Positions 43,334 to 55,470 of a stretch of DNA of 64,000 nt are shown one piece after another; the first letter of the stretch is position 1; each line of letters begins with the position of its first letter. Origin of the DNA: Podarcis vaucheri (Eukaryota); the NCBI GenBank assembly GCA_965113315.1, contig OZ220364.1. One strand, given 5' to 3'. The notes under the pieces are model-generated. The model searched no databases and was not told the origin of the DNA. It saw only the letters and a program-made list of their open reading frames with translations. The translations under genes were made by a program, and so were the position numbers.

Positions 43334-43961
43334 AAGTCACACTGCTGTAAGATCCCCTCTCCTGCCCTACAGGCACTGTGACCCAAGGTAAGTCTCTTTC
43401 CAGGTCTTGAAGCTTGTTGTACAGTTACAAACTCCTCTCTGAAATCCAGGACAGCTGCTGTCAGTCCGGCTAGCAAATACAAGGCCAAGTGGTCTGACTC
43501 TATGTATAGAAGCTTCTGGCGTTCATTTGTATCCTTAAAATGAGATTTAACCAGAGCAGAACAATGCTAGCATCATCTGTATCTTACCATCTTTCTGTTA
43601 ACGTGAGCATTAATGGCATATTTCTTATTCCACCCCCTTGCAAAATAATGACATATTGCTAACTTATTCATTTTGGGACCTACTAGAATCCAAATATCTT
43701 CAGGGGATGTCGTATGCTGGTGATTTTCATCATGTTTTGTATTTATATCCTTGTAGGGCTATTGGAGTGGATAGCATTTAGCATTCACCTTTGGTGAATT
43801 TGGTTTGAATGTTTTCAGAGCAGCACTCCTATCAAAAGCAGATCTAGGAGAGCACAACCAGTTCGATAGCGCCAGAGGTGGGGGGCGGGGCGGATCCTGA
43901 CCGCTTAAATTTGAAACACCAAGATCCGCCACTGTTCCCAGCTCATGTTGATTCCCTATAG

Positions 43962-44405
43962 CAGTGGTTTTCAACCAGTGTGCCATGGTACCCTGGGGTG
44001 CCTTGAATGATGGTCAGGGGTGCCACAGGCAACACTGGCCTCTGCCCCTCTTTCCTTCCCTCCCTCCTCTGATGCCCTCTTGTGTCTCTGCCTCCCAAAG
44101 GCTTGCACAGCTGTTTGTTGCAGCAGCCCAGGCCACAAGCTCCACAGGCAAATGGTGCCTCTGGGAGGCACCTGTCTTTGGGGGAGGGGGGGGCAGCTCA
44201 GAGACCAGGGACAGCAGCAGCCCAGGGAAGAGGAGAGGAGGCTGAGGGAACACTCCACAAGGGAGGGTGTTCCAAAAAGGGTGAGAGGCTGCCAGCTCTG
44301 GAGGCAAGGGGTGACATATCTGGGCTCCTGAGCCCCACAGGGGAGCCGCAGAAAGAATGTAGTTGGTCAAGGAAGCCGTGGACTCAAAAAGGTTGAAAAC
44401 CTCTG
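43962..44405. mobile_element. hAT (Charlie-like) non-autonomous DNA transposon
   Basis: TIRs cagtggttttcaacc / ggttgaaaacctctg (1 mismatch); 8-bp TSD ccctatag / ctctatag. Confidence 0.85.
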
Positions 44406-45566
44406 CTCTATAGTATTTGAAACCCTGCCTCCCACCATTCAGTCTTAGTCAAATGTAATATGTATATGCATAGTCTTCTGTTGCTCCACTGAAGTGTCTG
44501 GTAAAAATGGTAGAATGGCAGTGGGCTGAGACTGTTTAAAGTAACGCTGAAGGCGAACTATATAAAACCTACTGCATTCCCCATATCTACTAAATTGGTT
44601 AACCTGTAAAAAGAAACCATTAAGACATTTGGCACAACTTAAACAATAAATATATGTCAGCTGCTAATAATGAGGATGTGATAAATATGGTCACTAGTAT
44701 CTCATGAAGAAGGCTTGTGCATGTTTACTTAGAAGTAAGACCCAATCAGTTCAGTGAGGCAAACTCTCAAGAGAATGTGATTAGGATTGTAGCCTTAAAA
44801 TCATAATTGAGAGCCCAAGAATACATTTTGAAAATAACAAGAACCCCTCAGTTCCAACTAAGGTCAGGTCCTGCTGGTTTTGCAAACCAATTTCCTCCTA
44901 CATTGGGAAGAATGGAGTTCAGGGGCGATGGCTGTAGAAATGGAAAGCAACCAAGGTTACCTATCACATACCCCTTGAACATTTTATATCAAGCCCTTTT
45001 GCAAGGGCAGTGTCATGATTTTCCTACACCAAAACCTCCAAGACGACGGAAAGAGGCACAAACACCAGAATGAAGTGACAGACATTTCATTCTAGCAACT
45101 TTTAAGATCCAAGAGGGAGAGTGGAATCAAAAGCTCTGCTTACAAGATGCAAAGCAAGGAAGGCTTCATTATGAAGCTAAATAGCCGACACTCCAAACCA
45201 GCGTTGAAGCTATAATATTTATGCAAAAAAGGTAAATAAAATAAAATCTCCTTATTTGTAGCAAAGCCTACTTTGCTGCGCTCATAAATATAGTTTTCCT
45301 CAACAGGACAAGAAAGACTTAACAGTTTAATATCTGTTCCAACATTGCCCCCCTATTCTCTGATGATCCCTGTTGCTGCTCACCAGGAACATATAGGGAA
45401 CATGATTAATTATTAAAAAGTGCTTCAATAAATCTAGGAGGAGGTCTCTTTAAGCTTAGCCATGGTGCAACAGAATTGCTGGAGAGGAGAGTCTCGCCAA
45501 ATGGGGGATTGCCTTTTACAAATGACTGTTCCGGAAATCAACATGTCTTAGTCTGGAGGCAGATGC

Positions 45567-45613
45567 TGATTTTCAAAGGAAGAAAGTGATTTTCAAAGGA
45601 AGAAAGTGATTTG
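45567..45613. repeat. Short tandem duplication, 20-bp unit x about 2.3
   Basis: tgattttcaaaggaagaaag repeated head to tail. Confidence 0.85.
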
Positions 45614-47121
45614 ATAAAGTGTTTCCCTTCTGCTACCATCACATCTGGATAAATAGGGTCTGCTGGTTTTTGAAATAACACAGAAAATCTCCTTCAACTC
45701 TCAGCCCTCCCTCTTTTTTGTTTTCAGTCTGCAATGTGTGTGTTTACTCTGATTTTCCCCACATTTTAATTTTTTAAAAAATATTCCCCCCAACCCAAGT
45801 TTGAATAACAGTTCGGCAACACGCAGAAGGATGAGCTGGGAAACAGCACAAACTGGAGAAAGAAGCCAAATGTGCACGGATATGCCCTTCCCTTTCCGCA
45901 TTGTTGTTGCCAACAGGTTTCTTTCTCTCCAGGAAACCATCTCACCACCAGGGTGTGCTGTGAGCAGGAGGCAAGGCAGCCCTTCGGTTCAAAGGAGGAC
46001 AGAATGGGAAGCAAAGGTTTCCAACTGAGGCAGACAAGGAATTTGAAGCACAGGTGCAAACAGCAGGCGGTGAAGGGGAAGCAGGTCCCTGTCAACCCTT
46101 GTTTGGCCATTTTCTCAATAATTCACAGGGTTAAAAAAGCAACAACAGCAGCAGCAGCAGACAACATGGTAGAGTGGCAGCAATCACCTGACCTCTGGGT
46201 AGCTAAGTTGCTTCTGCTTACCTGGAAGGGGAGGGGCCAGGCAGCGAGGAGGTCAGCGCAGTGCAAACACACCAGGAGTGCCGGTCTGCCTCTGCATTTG
46301 CACCATGATGACCTTCTCACTGCCTTGCCCCCTCCACCCATAGTAGCAACTCAGTTGCCTGGAGGTCAAGTGAGCACTGCCACTCCACCATGGCTTCCTC
46401 TACTGGCCATTAATCTGAACTCTGTACCAAAACTCATCCTAATTCATTATTTGTGGGACTGTCTTGAGGTTGCATTGCCAGATTTCAATCTAAAAAGGAC
46501 CGTAGGATCTTAGGGAGGCATCCAGGGCAGATCTGACTCCCCCTCACCCCAAGCCAGTCCAGCTGTGGGTTATCTGCCTTGCATCCTCCTCTGCTCTTTC
46601 CAGTCAAAGGACCTTAAGGGTATCAGAGCTGTCCATCTTGGAATTTGGCAAATCAAACCAGAGAATTTACAGCTATCCCTAGCGTGCAAGGGCTGTGCTT
46701 CCTCCTTCATTCCAGCACTGTGACCAAATCATGGACTGTGGAGCCCTAAAGGTGGCTGCAGTGGGGAGATCTCTTTGTTTGACTCTCCCATTTTGTTGCC
46801 CAAGGCCCAGTTCCAGCCTGAGCCTGGCTGGGCTGAATGGAGAGATTGAACCCAGCGACATGAGATCCATTCCTCAAATCGCTAGATCTCTAGACTCCCA
46901 GGCACAGCACAATGTAATCAACCCATATACTGAGGAACTAGTGCACCTCCAAAATCCATGTTGCCTTTCCTAATTTTAGTTGCATTTGCATTCATGGAAG
47001 CAGGGCAGGTTTAGGATGTCCTGTTTTCTCCTGACATCAGGCAGAGGGGCCTCAAGTCCATAGGGGTGATCCAGAGTCACTGGAGATGGGTCGACTCGGT
47101 TCCCGAGGGTAGCGGGCTCCA

Positions 47122-47430
47122 TCACTCCAGGAATTTGTGAATATCCCCATTGAGCTGGTACCGGGGCCCCATGGCAGGTTCGCTGAGGAGCGGGCAATGA
47201 GCCGGGCCGCACTGGCAAGTGTGGATCATCATGACGTTCTTGGAGAAGGAGCTCCCATCCGGGCAATGGAAGGGCACGCTCAGGGTGCGAGTGCGCAGAG
47301 GGACACAGCAGCGGCCATCCAAGCAGGACCCGCAGTAGCTGGGCTGGTAACGGCGTGGGCTCTTGCAGCCAGCGTAGCTGAACCTCACCGGCTCACGCAC
47401 TTTGTGTGTCCGCAAGCACTTCTTGCCCTT
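47122..47430 (-). CDS. CCN1-like exon 5 (CT cystine knot)
   Basis: Acceptor ctcttttcag|AAG; [22 protein letters not shown]...[11 protein letters not shown]...DIHKFLE-TGA. Confidence 0.94.
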   Translation of the reverse strand, partial: KGKKCLRTHKVREPVRFSYAGCKSPRRYQPSYCGSCLDGRCCVPLRTRTLSVPFHCPDGSSFSKNVMMIHTCQCGPAHCPLLSEPAMGPRYQLNGDIHKFLE

Positions 47431-50400
47431 CTGAAAAGAGGAGAGGAAAGTATTTGCACTGTGTGCAAAAGAATACAGCCCAGGAAAGCTGTATGCACAC
47501 AAAGCATACAGCTGGAGAACCTAGTCATGGAATAGAATAATAGAATTGTAGAGTTGGAAGGGAATATGGGACAGTTGCAGGAATATGCAGCTGTCACATA
47601 TGGGGGATCACACCTGCAACCCTGGCATTATCAGCACCACACTGTAACCAGCTGAGCTATTCTTCTTTATAGTAAACAAGCACACACACCTCTTAGCTCC
47701 ACAGGCACCATTCCTGTAATGTAAGCCTGGAGCAGAACATCTCACCATCTTGGGCCCTAATCCCACCTGTTAGGCTCAAAACTTGCCATTTTGAATGGTT
47801 GGGAGTGCAGGCAGGCTCAGCTCTCGTGTCCCAGATGCTGGGCTTCTGTGGTAAGAAGTGCCCTCCCCTATTCCCTGCTCGCCCTCTTCCCGCCTTCCCA
47901 ACCCTCACCTTTAGTTTGGAAAAATCAGGTTTCCCGCAAGGCCTGATCTGACACAGCCGGGTCTCTTTGATCAGTTTGCACTTTGGGTTGTCGCTGGTGA
48001 CGCGGGTGGAGATGCCGAAGCCGCAGCTCTTGGAGCACGGCGACCAGTCCGTAGTCTGAGCCAAGCACTTGTGCTGTTGCTTTGCCACGTGGCTTTGGAA
48101 GAATGGCCTCCATGCTGGGGAAGAGAAGGGAATCCCAGTTACCGCACTGTCATTCTGAACCCAAAGGGAACAGTGAGCAATGTACTGCCAGCAGCTACAC
48201 ACATTGGCCAAGCATAAAATGAGATTGAAAGGGATTAAGTTCCTTAAGAGATGTGGAACACGTCTGTTCTGTTCTCTGGATGTTACTAGACTACAGTTCC
48301 AATCATCCCCAGCTACTGGCCATGCTGGCTGGGAATGATGGGAGTTGGAGTCCAGCAGCACCTGGGGAGCCACAGGTTCCCTGCAACTTCCACAAATGGA
48401 AGGCAGGCATTAATGGGCAACAGAAGAAGGCAATTGTCTCCTTGTCCTGTAGATGAGCTTCCCATAGGCATCTAGCTGCCATCATGCTAAGTCAAGATGA
48501 CTCAGCTGGATTCTTCGTAAGCCTCCATGGCAGCCACACCATTCAAAATGGCAACTACAGAAAGAGGCAAGGCCACATGTTGGGTAGGAAACATGGGAAA
48601 TGAGTTTGTAGGGGGGAAATGGAGGGAAGAGGGTGTGGATGTGGAGGCTGTTCGGGACTCTGGCAACTGAGAACCCATCAACTCCATTTAGACTAAACTG
48701 GCATCTGTAGAATAAATTCCCAGTAGGTGCAAACTCTTGTCTTCTGGGAAGGAAATGCCCTGCATTCCTCTTTTGCCATGAAACCACAAAACAAAATATG
48801 CAGGAGTAGTGGCATCCCGACCAACCATCACTTGGGAGCAAGAGTGATACAGGAGATGGTGTGAACAATCCCTCTCAGACAGATTTAATGCTTTTCGGTC
48901 CCTCTCTTATGCAACCACTGCCATGCTTAGTCGAAATAGCAACTGGGAACCAAAGCAAATGCAAGGGAAGGATCACATTTCCTGCCCCTCGGGAGCATCA
49001 GATATAGATCCTGAAAGGGCAAAGGCCAGCTCCCACTCTTACCCCTATTTATGTTCTGTGTCTCCACCCTGTTTAGGTGCCGCTTCCACGCAACACAGTG
49101 CCAGCTTTCCATTTCCCGCCCTTGGAGCAAAACGGTTATAAACTTGGCCAGCTGCATCTTAGGCACTTCTCAAGGCGCAACCTTTCCCTCAGTGCCTTGG
49201 TGCACAGACCGCATGAGGCCCAAGGAGTAGGAAGTGAAGACACCAAGGCACTTGGAGGCAGGAGGAAATTTCAGGAGAGAGTTAGTAGCAAAGCCACTAG
49301 ATTGCTGTCAAAGAGAGAAGGGAGCTACATCGCCACTAGCTTGTGTGAGACACGGACCTAGAAATTGATAGTGCAAGGAGGTTTCATGGGTGAGATGGTG
49401 TCCCAAAGCGGTTTAAGGAGCAGCTTGTCATCAAAGAGCAATGCCACACAGTAAGCAGATGACTTTTAAGCCTTGCAATGCGGCCTGCTAATAAACATCC
49501 TGGTATGACATCCTACAGTACATTTTCCTACAAGGGAATGCCTCTGACAGATGCAGTCTCACAAGAAGAAGAAGAAGAAGAGTTTGGATTTGATATCCCG
49601 CCTTTCACTCCCCTTCAGGAGTCTCAAAGCGGCTAACAATCTCCTTTCCCTTCCTCCCCCACAACAAACACTCTGTGGGGTGAGTGGGGCTGAGAGACTT
49701 CACAGAAGTGTGACTGGCCCAAGGTCACCCAGCAGCTGCATGTGGAGGAGCGGAGACGCGAACCCGGTTTCCCAGATTACGTGACTACCGCTCTTAACCA
49801 CTACACCACAAGCAATGGCTGGAAGCCTTCATCTTACTTTGCTATGCCATTTCCCATGGGGCAGATGCAACACACTGCTGCACAGCTCATAAAGCAGTTT
49901 TGGTTTTTTTGGTCCAAAGGTGCCTATCGTTCTAAGCTGGGGAGGTGGAGAATCCCTACAGCCATAAATCACCTCATAACTACCTATATTCAGGTCCCCA
50001 AAGCAATTGTTTAAATTGTGATGCACACCAAATTTAGCAACAACCAAATATACTGCCCAAGACTATCCCCACGCAGACTCTCTATTCCTATGCAAACATT
50101 AGAGTGACCTAATACGATGGAAAATATCCAGTATAAAGGGATGCCTTCCATTCTAAGGATTTCCAAAGGAGCAGCCATGTTTGTTGTTGCAAAAGAAACT
50201 TCCAGGTGGACTCGTCTCGTCATCCATTTGCAGGCCACATTCCCATCTGGACAACCTTCAAGCGTTCAAGGGGTGGGTGGGGCAAGAGGCAAAGGGAGCC
50301 AAGCAATCAGTGCAAATTTTAACTCAGACAGTACACTAGTTTCTAGACTCGCTCACATGCTCCTCTCAGTCCACGCATGCAAGCTTGAGGCATTTTCAGA

Positions 50401-53400
50401 GACACACACCAGCCTGTCAAGAAGACTCAGGAAGCGTGCAAAGCCAGGCTAGCGAAGCAGTGGTGTCGCCTGGGGATAGGGGGTGTGCTCGGTGAGAGGG
50501 TGTGGCCTAGGGGAAGTCCCAAGGGAGTGGGGGCGGGACTTATTCAGCCCTGGGGCCTGAGCCTCCCCATCCCTGCTGTAGTCCATGAAAGCTTATGCCA
50601 CAACAGAAGTGTTAGGTCTTTAAGGTGCCACAAGCCTCTTGGTATAAATACAGGCAGAAGCTGAATAGCATTCCTGCTCCTCCAGTCGCAACAGCTCTGA
50701 CTGCACTCTTCAGCCCTCACCTGGTAGGTTTTTCCAGTGTCCGCCTTTGCCCACATAGATGAGCTCATTGTCACTGGAGTCGCCATTGGTGTTGTACTCA
50801 AAGGTGACCCCTCCATACTTCTTGAGTCCTTTGCTGCACACAAACTTCTTGCAGCACTGGCCAGGCACCTTCAGGAGTTTGGGGCTGGGGCAGCCCAGGG
50901 AGGCCAGGGGCAGCTCTAGTGGGCAGAGCGGCTGGCAACCCACAGCCCCGTCGATGCAAGTGCACTGGTGTTTGCAGCTGGGCTGGAAATTCTCCCCGTT
51001 CTGGTAGATGCGGCCGTTGTATTCGCAGGTCCGGCCTTCTTGCTTTGCTGAGGAGGTAGAAAGGTATGTGTTATTCAGTTTCAGAAGTTGGATTAAAAAT
51101 GAAAAAGTGATGCTGACTGTAAGGTCCCTGTAATTGAGGACCAGGCTACAGGCATCTGGATTGGTTTCAAGAAGTCATCATGGAATTGCACGAGGGCAGC
51201 AGTTTCAGAGATCCTTTGAAATAAGTGCCAACAGGCAAATGGTCCCTGACATTCATCCCAGCAACACAAAATCCTCCATTCACCTAAACTGGTGTCTAGT
51301 TAGGGATTAGCATCCATGGTTACCACAGATCAATGATGGGAGACCAGATAATTTTTTAAAATAGCCAAGAGGTGATAGGGTGGGAGAGGACTCTGAGATC
51401 ACTTCCTGCTTCCCTCTACTCATCCGCAACTTCAGGCCAACCTGGGAGTGAGCTACATAACAGCAAGCCTCATCCCTGGAGTCTGTGGATGTGAAAAACA
51501 GAGCAGGACTTAACCTGCCAGCGTCGTAAGTAAGAGAAATACACTCCTCTGCAGAACTAGGTTTTTAGGGGCCATGTCAACAAGAAGAGAGTGTTTGGAG
51601 CTTTAAATAGCCATGTGAAAACAGGATGCGAAGAGCTCACATGGACCGAGATCGGGTTGCAAAGGCCTGAGCCACGCCTGGAGCGCCTATCTGCTACATG
51701 CAGTGTGCTTCCCCCTGGCCCACAGAGATGTGCCCTTCACCTTACTCCCCTGCAACTATTTAGACAACTTTTCACTTGCTCCTTGCTCTCTTCTTGGCAT
51801 GTGTGCTCCTGAACGAAGATCTTACTTCTCACACTTTCCAGCAAGGGGCAGTGCTCAGACATACAGGGAAACAGGTGGTCCCAGACACAACCGTGACCCT
51901 GGTAAATGTACAGAATTGAAGTAGTCTCGAGGAAGGAGTGGGGAAAACATGCTTTCTCATGGGAACAGTGTTGCCCTCCAGCATCGCCTCCCAGCTCAGA
52001 GAGAGAGAGAGAGGTAACATGTAGCTTGCATATGTGGAGCCACAAGATGAATGCTAATACAGATCTACTAGGACCTTCAATGTTTCCAAAAGCAAGTGTG
52101 CTCTTGTGTGAGCGTCATAAACCTGCTACCTAGAAGGGAGCAAAATACCTGGCGTAGAAACTGCCAAGGAGCTCCCTTCCTCCTAGTCTGCAAATCTGGT
52201 TTTCTGTCCCACTGGGGGGGAAAAGAGTGAGTGGCTGGCTGACCCTGCAAAAAATGCTCACCACATCCATGAGAGGAGATAGAGGGAAACAACAGAGGTT
52301 CACCCTCCACCAAGCAGAGCCACAACTCAAGAGTCCCATTGCTGCCCAGCTGCCCTCAGAGATCTCTTTTACACCAGACTTATCCAACTTGGCACTTCCA
52401 GATGTTCCAGACTACAGCTGGTGCTGATGGGAGCTGTTGTTTAAAACATCTGGAGGGCACTAGCTTGGTGAAGGCTGGATTACATCACTTCTCTCCAACT
52501 CCTGAGCTCATGCCATTTTAAAGCAAGCACACACCGAGAGAGGGAGGTTTAAAAGCAGTCATAGGAACAAACAAGCATGAAAAAGCTGCACAAATATTTT
52601 GCTTGGGGCAACTCTCGCCTTACTTAGGTGACCGGCAACAGAGGTTGCCCCAAGCAAATTTTCCAAGAAGCACTGAAGGAAACCCTTGATCAAGAGACTG
52701 GCTTTCTCAAAATGCTTCAGGAACAAAAATATTTGCGCAACTGTCTCTCCACACACACTCCTGTCCAATGTTTTGTGCCTCTTCACGATTTCCATTAACC
52801 TTTCTATCGTCATGGCAATGCCACGATGGATTCCACAACTACATCCGTCACTAGAGGGAGGTTGGATAAGAGACGACGTATTTTGCTACATCTGCAAATT
52901 ACCTTCACCAGCCCTCACGGTGGCTCTGCCCAACCCTTCCGGACTTTGATCCTCTTAAAAGAAAACACACCTGGGACACGGGGACCAGTCATCCCTGATA
53001 TGATTGCCAAAGCAGAATATGTACATCAACAGGAAATCCTTTCCTAGTCTAGCCCCAACAGAGAACGTGTCTGACTAGGCTGGAGGAGAAGCCCTTGCTC
53101 CTTCCTCCTTCATTAAATTATGTGCCAGTTTGTGATTAGGTGCCAGTTTAGTACATAACATGCCACTGCCCAACATAGTTGGTTGCTGGTCAACACCCAG
53201 CACACTGGGTACGACTTAAAATCGCAGTAATGATTTCAAAGCACTTTCTTGCAGAGTTCACATAAAATACAAAAAAGAAAAAAAAGGTAACCAGCAAGCA
53301 GAAAAACACTCAGTTGAAATTATCATCATGACCATCAACAGGATTAAGTAGCAGGAAGCATGGTTTATTTTGTATTTATTTAAAGCATGCACTCTGTTCA

Positions 53401-54921
53401 GTGACCGAAATAAATTGATTCATTCATTTAAAGCATTTATAAACCCGATAGAAACTTAAAATAAAACAAATTCTATTTAGTAGTAGTAGCAGCAGCAGCA
53501 GCATACTGTGTTTCTTTCACAGTGCAAGGTAGGTTTACAAAACGGTTTCAAAAGTTATCATTTTACGATCACTGATAAACCATGACTCCAGCCAGCCCCA
53601 CAAACAAACAGCTAACAGAAGGGTCGAAGCCCTCTTCCACTCCGTCCTTTCGCCTCTCTTACCCCAACAGATGCCCCGATTCGCCAAGGGGTCGGCCCCA
53701 AAATTGCACTCCAGGCCCTTGTGGGGGTCGCAGGGCGAGAGCTGGTCGCAGTCCTCGTTCAGCTGCCGGGCGCACACTTGGCAGCAGCCGCAGTCGTCCA
53801 GCACCAGGCTGATTCCGGGGGGGCAGCGAGGCGGGCCGCCAGGGGGGCATCGGCACGTGGCGGGGCAGCGGGAGGCCACCTGCAACGAGAGAGGAATCCT
53901 AGAACTGGAAGGGACCGCCTGAGTCATCTAGTCCAACCCCCTGCAATGCAGGGATCCTTTTTGCCCTACAGGGGGCTCAAATTCATGGCCCTGGGATGAA
54001 AAGTCTACTGCTCTACCGACTGAACTACCCCAGGGAGGTAGGAAAGGCGGAAGCTGGCCGAGAGGAGCACTCCGCGGGCAAATTGGGGCGCTGAAGCTCC
54101 GGATCAGGGCCCTCCTCTCTTAACAGCTTGCGGCGCTTGTGGGATCTTTGGAGACGCGCGGATCTTAACCTTCGCCTGGCCGCCTGCTATGTATTTATTT
54201 TAAAGGCCACACCAAAATAGTTTCCTAGATGGCGCTACATGCCACGGAGTCCCGGCATTCTCGGCCTCCCCTACCAACGTGCCCGTCCCCTCCATCCCAA
54301 ATAAATCTCCGTAATAAAATCCCTGCCACCACCATCAAAGCAGCCCCGCCACAGAGGCACCGGGGCTAAAGCGGCGGCGGAGTTGCAGCTCCCAGGAGTC
54401 CACAGGGGCGGAAATTTAAAAACTCGCCTTAATGCTCGGTCAGGTTCTATTCCTGAGCGCGTCCACTCTGGACAGGCTCGCCAGATTTAAGCATTAGGAA
54501 GTCTCACACACCGGCCCGATTCCGCACCGCTTCGAGGCACAGAACACCTCCCAGGACCCGGGGATCAACCCCCATCCCCACCGCAACCGGCCGGGACGCG
54601 TGTGTGAATAAATGTGGCTCCGCGAGTGCAGTCACGTTGGTGAGCCCGGGATCCACCGGGAGACCCAGCAGAGGGGGGCTGGGGGCCAGCTAGAAACTGG
54701 AATCCAGAGTTTAGCGAGAGCTCGCTAGCATTTGATGAAACACCCCCTCCTCAAATGATTCTCGCTGCCTGGTGCTTGGTCACCCCTGCCTGTTATCATC
54801 AACAAGGTTGCGCGCACATTTCACTTGCTTAAGCGGAAGAGAAAGAGGTGGCTAAGCAAGAGCTACTCACCAGGGAGATACAGAGCAGGAAAGCAGCGCT
54901 AAACAGGACAGCCGGCCTCAT
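47122..54921 (-). CDS. CCN family member 1-like (CYR61-like) matricellular protein; complement(join(47122..47430,47909..48114,50721..51047,53663..53879,54871..54921)), 369 aa
   Basis: Signal peptide plus IGFBP (12 Cys), VWC (10), TSP1 (6) and cystine-knot CT (10) modules, one per exon with the canonical CCN phases 0,1,1,0; 51+217+327+206+309=1110 nt. CCN1-type signatures: [25 protein letters not shown]-terminal DIHKF. Confidence 0.93.
47528..47660 (-). mobile_element. Degenerate tRNA-headed SINE with CR1-like tail (CCN intron 4)
   Basis: The minus strand starts tagctcagctggttacagtgtggtgctgataatgccagggttgcaggt (tRNA-like) and ends in cccttccaactctacaattctatt (CR1-type tail). Confidence 0.55.
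47909..48114 (-). CDS. CCN1-like exon 4 (TSP1)
   Basis: [45 protein letters not shown]; acceptor ttccccag|CA; donor AAG|GTGAGG. Confidence 0.94.
49563..49810 (-). mobile_element. tRNA-derived MIR/CORE-like SINE (Squam3-like)
   Basis: Minus strand has A box TGGTGTAGTGG, B-box-like GGTTCGCGTC, core GGGTGACCTTGGGCCAGTCAC and a (CTT)n tail; near-identical copy at 63071-63314. Confidence 0.85.
50721..51047 (-). CDS. CCN1-like exon 3 (VWC and hinge)
   Basis: [39 protein letters not shown]...[10 protein letters not shown]; acceptor cctcctcag|CA; donor CAG|GTGAGG. Confidence 0.94.
53663..53879 (-). CDS. CCN1-like exon 2 (IGFBP module)
   Basis: [58 protein letters not shown]...GICW; acceptor gttgcag|GTG; donor TGGG|GTAAGA. 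Confidence 0.94.
53893..54031 (-). mobile_element. tRNA-Lys-like SINE with CR1-like tail next to the CCN exon-2 acceptor
   Basis: Minus strand ggggtagttcagtcggtagagcagtagacttttcatcccaggg resembles tRNA-Lys; the 3' part ggttggactagatgac...cccttccagttctaggattc is a CR1-type tail. Confidence 0.7.
54871..54921 (-). CDS. CCN1-like exon 1 coding part (signal peptide)
   Basis: [17 protein letters not shown] hydrophobic leader; donor CTG|GTGAGT (phase 0). Confidence 0.88.
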
Positions 54922-54975
54922 TGCTGTCGGATGGGAGGAGACGCCAGAAAGGGAGCAAAAATACCAAAGGAGATG

Positions 54976-55002
54976 AAATAAAATAAAATAAAATAAAATA
55001 AA
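54976..55002. repeat. (AAATA)n microsatellite in the CCN1-like 5'UTR
   Basis: Direct observation; lies between the TATA box and the ATG. Confidence 0.85.
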
Positions 55003-55139
55003 ACGACTCGAGAAACTAACTCTCGGGCGATCGTAGAGCAGCTGCAAAATTGTCCCCAGGATCCTTCGGCTCCGTAAGCTCTCCGCACACCCCTTTTTGC
55101 GCAACTTTCAGTACCTACAAAGCAACTACGTTGTTTCTG

Positions 55140-55470
55140 TATTTATATTTCCCCGGGGCCCCTCCCACCTACCGGGCTGGGAGCCAATAGGAACCTCCTC
55201 GCCGGCCAATAGCAACGGTGGCACACTTCCAAACATTCCAGGGGAGGGGCTTTGGAAAGGTGGGAGGGGCTGAATGAATAGAGTCATTCATAAAATTAGA
55301 AGGCTAGTGCATTCCGAGGCGATGCGCGCGTAGTCTCGCGCGGGCCAGGGTGTTCCGCTAAGCAGAGTAGCGCTTTTATGGAGACTGCTGAATAAGGCTC
55401 CTGCTCCCATAGGGCACATCAGTGCACAGGCATACCAGTATGAGGAGCAGCCGCGGCCACAGTCATTCCT
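55140..55470 (-). promoter_or_regulatory. CCN1-like proximal promoter: TATA box, two CCAAT boxes, three TEAD/MCAT motifs and a CArG-like site
   Basis: TATAAATA on the minus strand at 55147-55140; CCAAT at 55184 and 55206; CATTCC at 55234, 55310 and 55464; gcttttatgg at 55372-55381 (one mismatch to CArG). Confidence 0.75.

Noticed and set aside
45872-46513. 213-aa plus-strand ORF downstream of the CCN gene
   Set aside because: No recognisable homology; probably antisense to the CCN 3'UTR.
41480-47121. Poly(A) site of the CCN1-like gene
   Set aside because: Several ATTAAA/AATAAA and AU-rich candidates exist, but none can be chosen from sequence alone.
53975-54031. tRNA-like sequences in SINE heads (also near 49810, 56740 and 59883)
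   Set aside because: They are degenerate, lack a full cloverleaf and are attached to SINE bodies, so they are not tRNA genes.
47122-54921. Assigning the symbol CCN1 or CCN2 outright
   Set aside because: The protein has CCN1-type signatures, but divergence and neighbouring genes argue for a paralog, so the symbol is left blank until a phylogeny is run.
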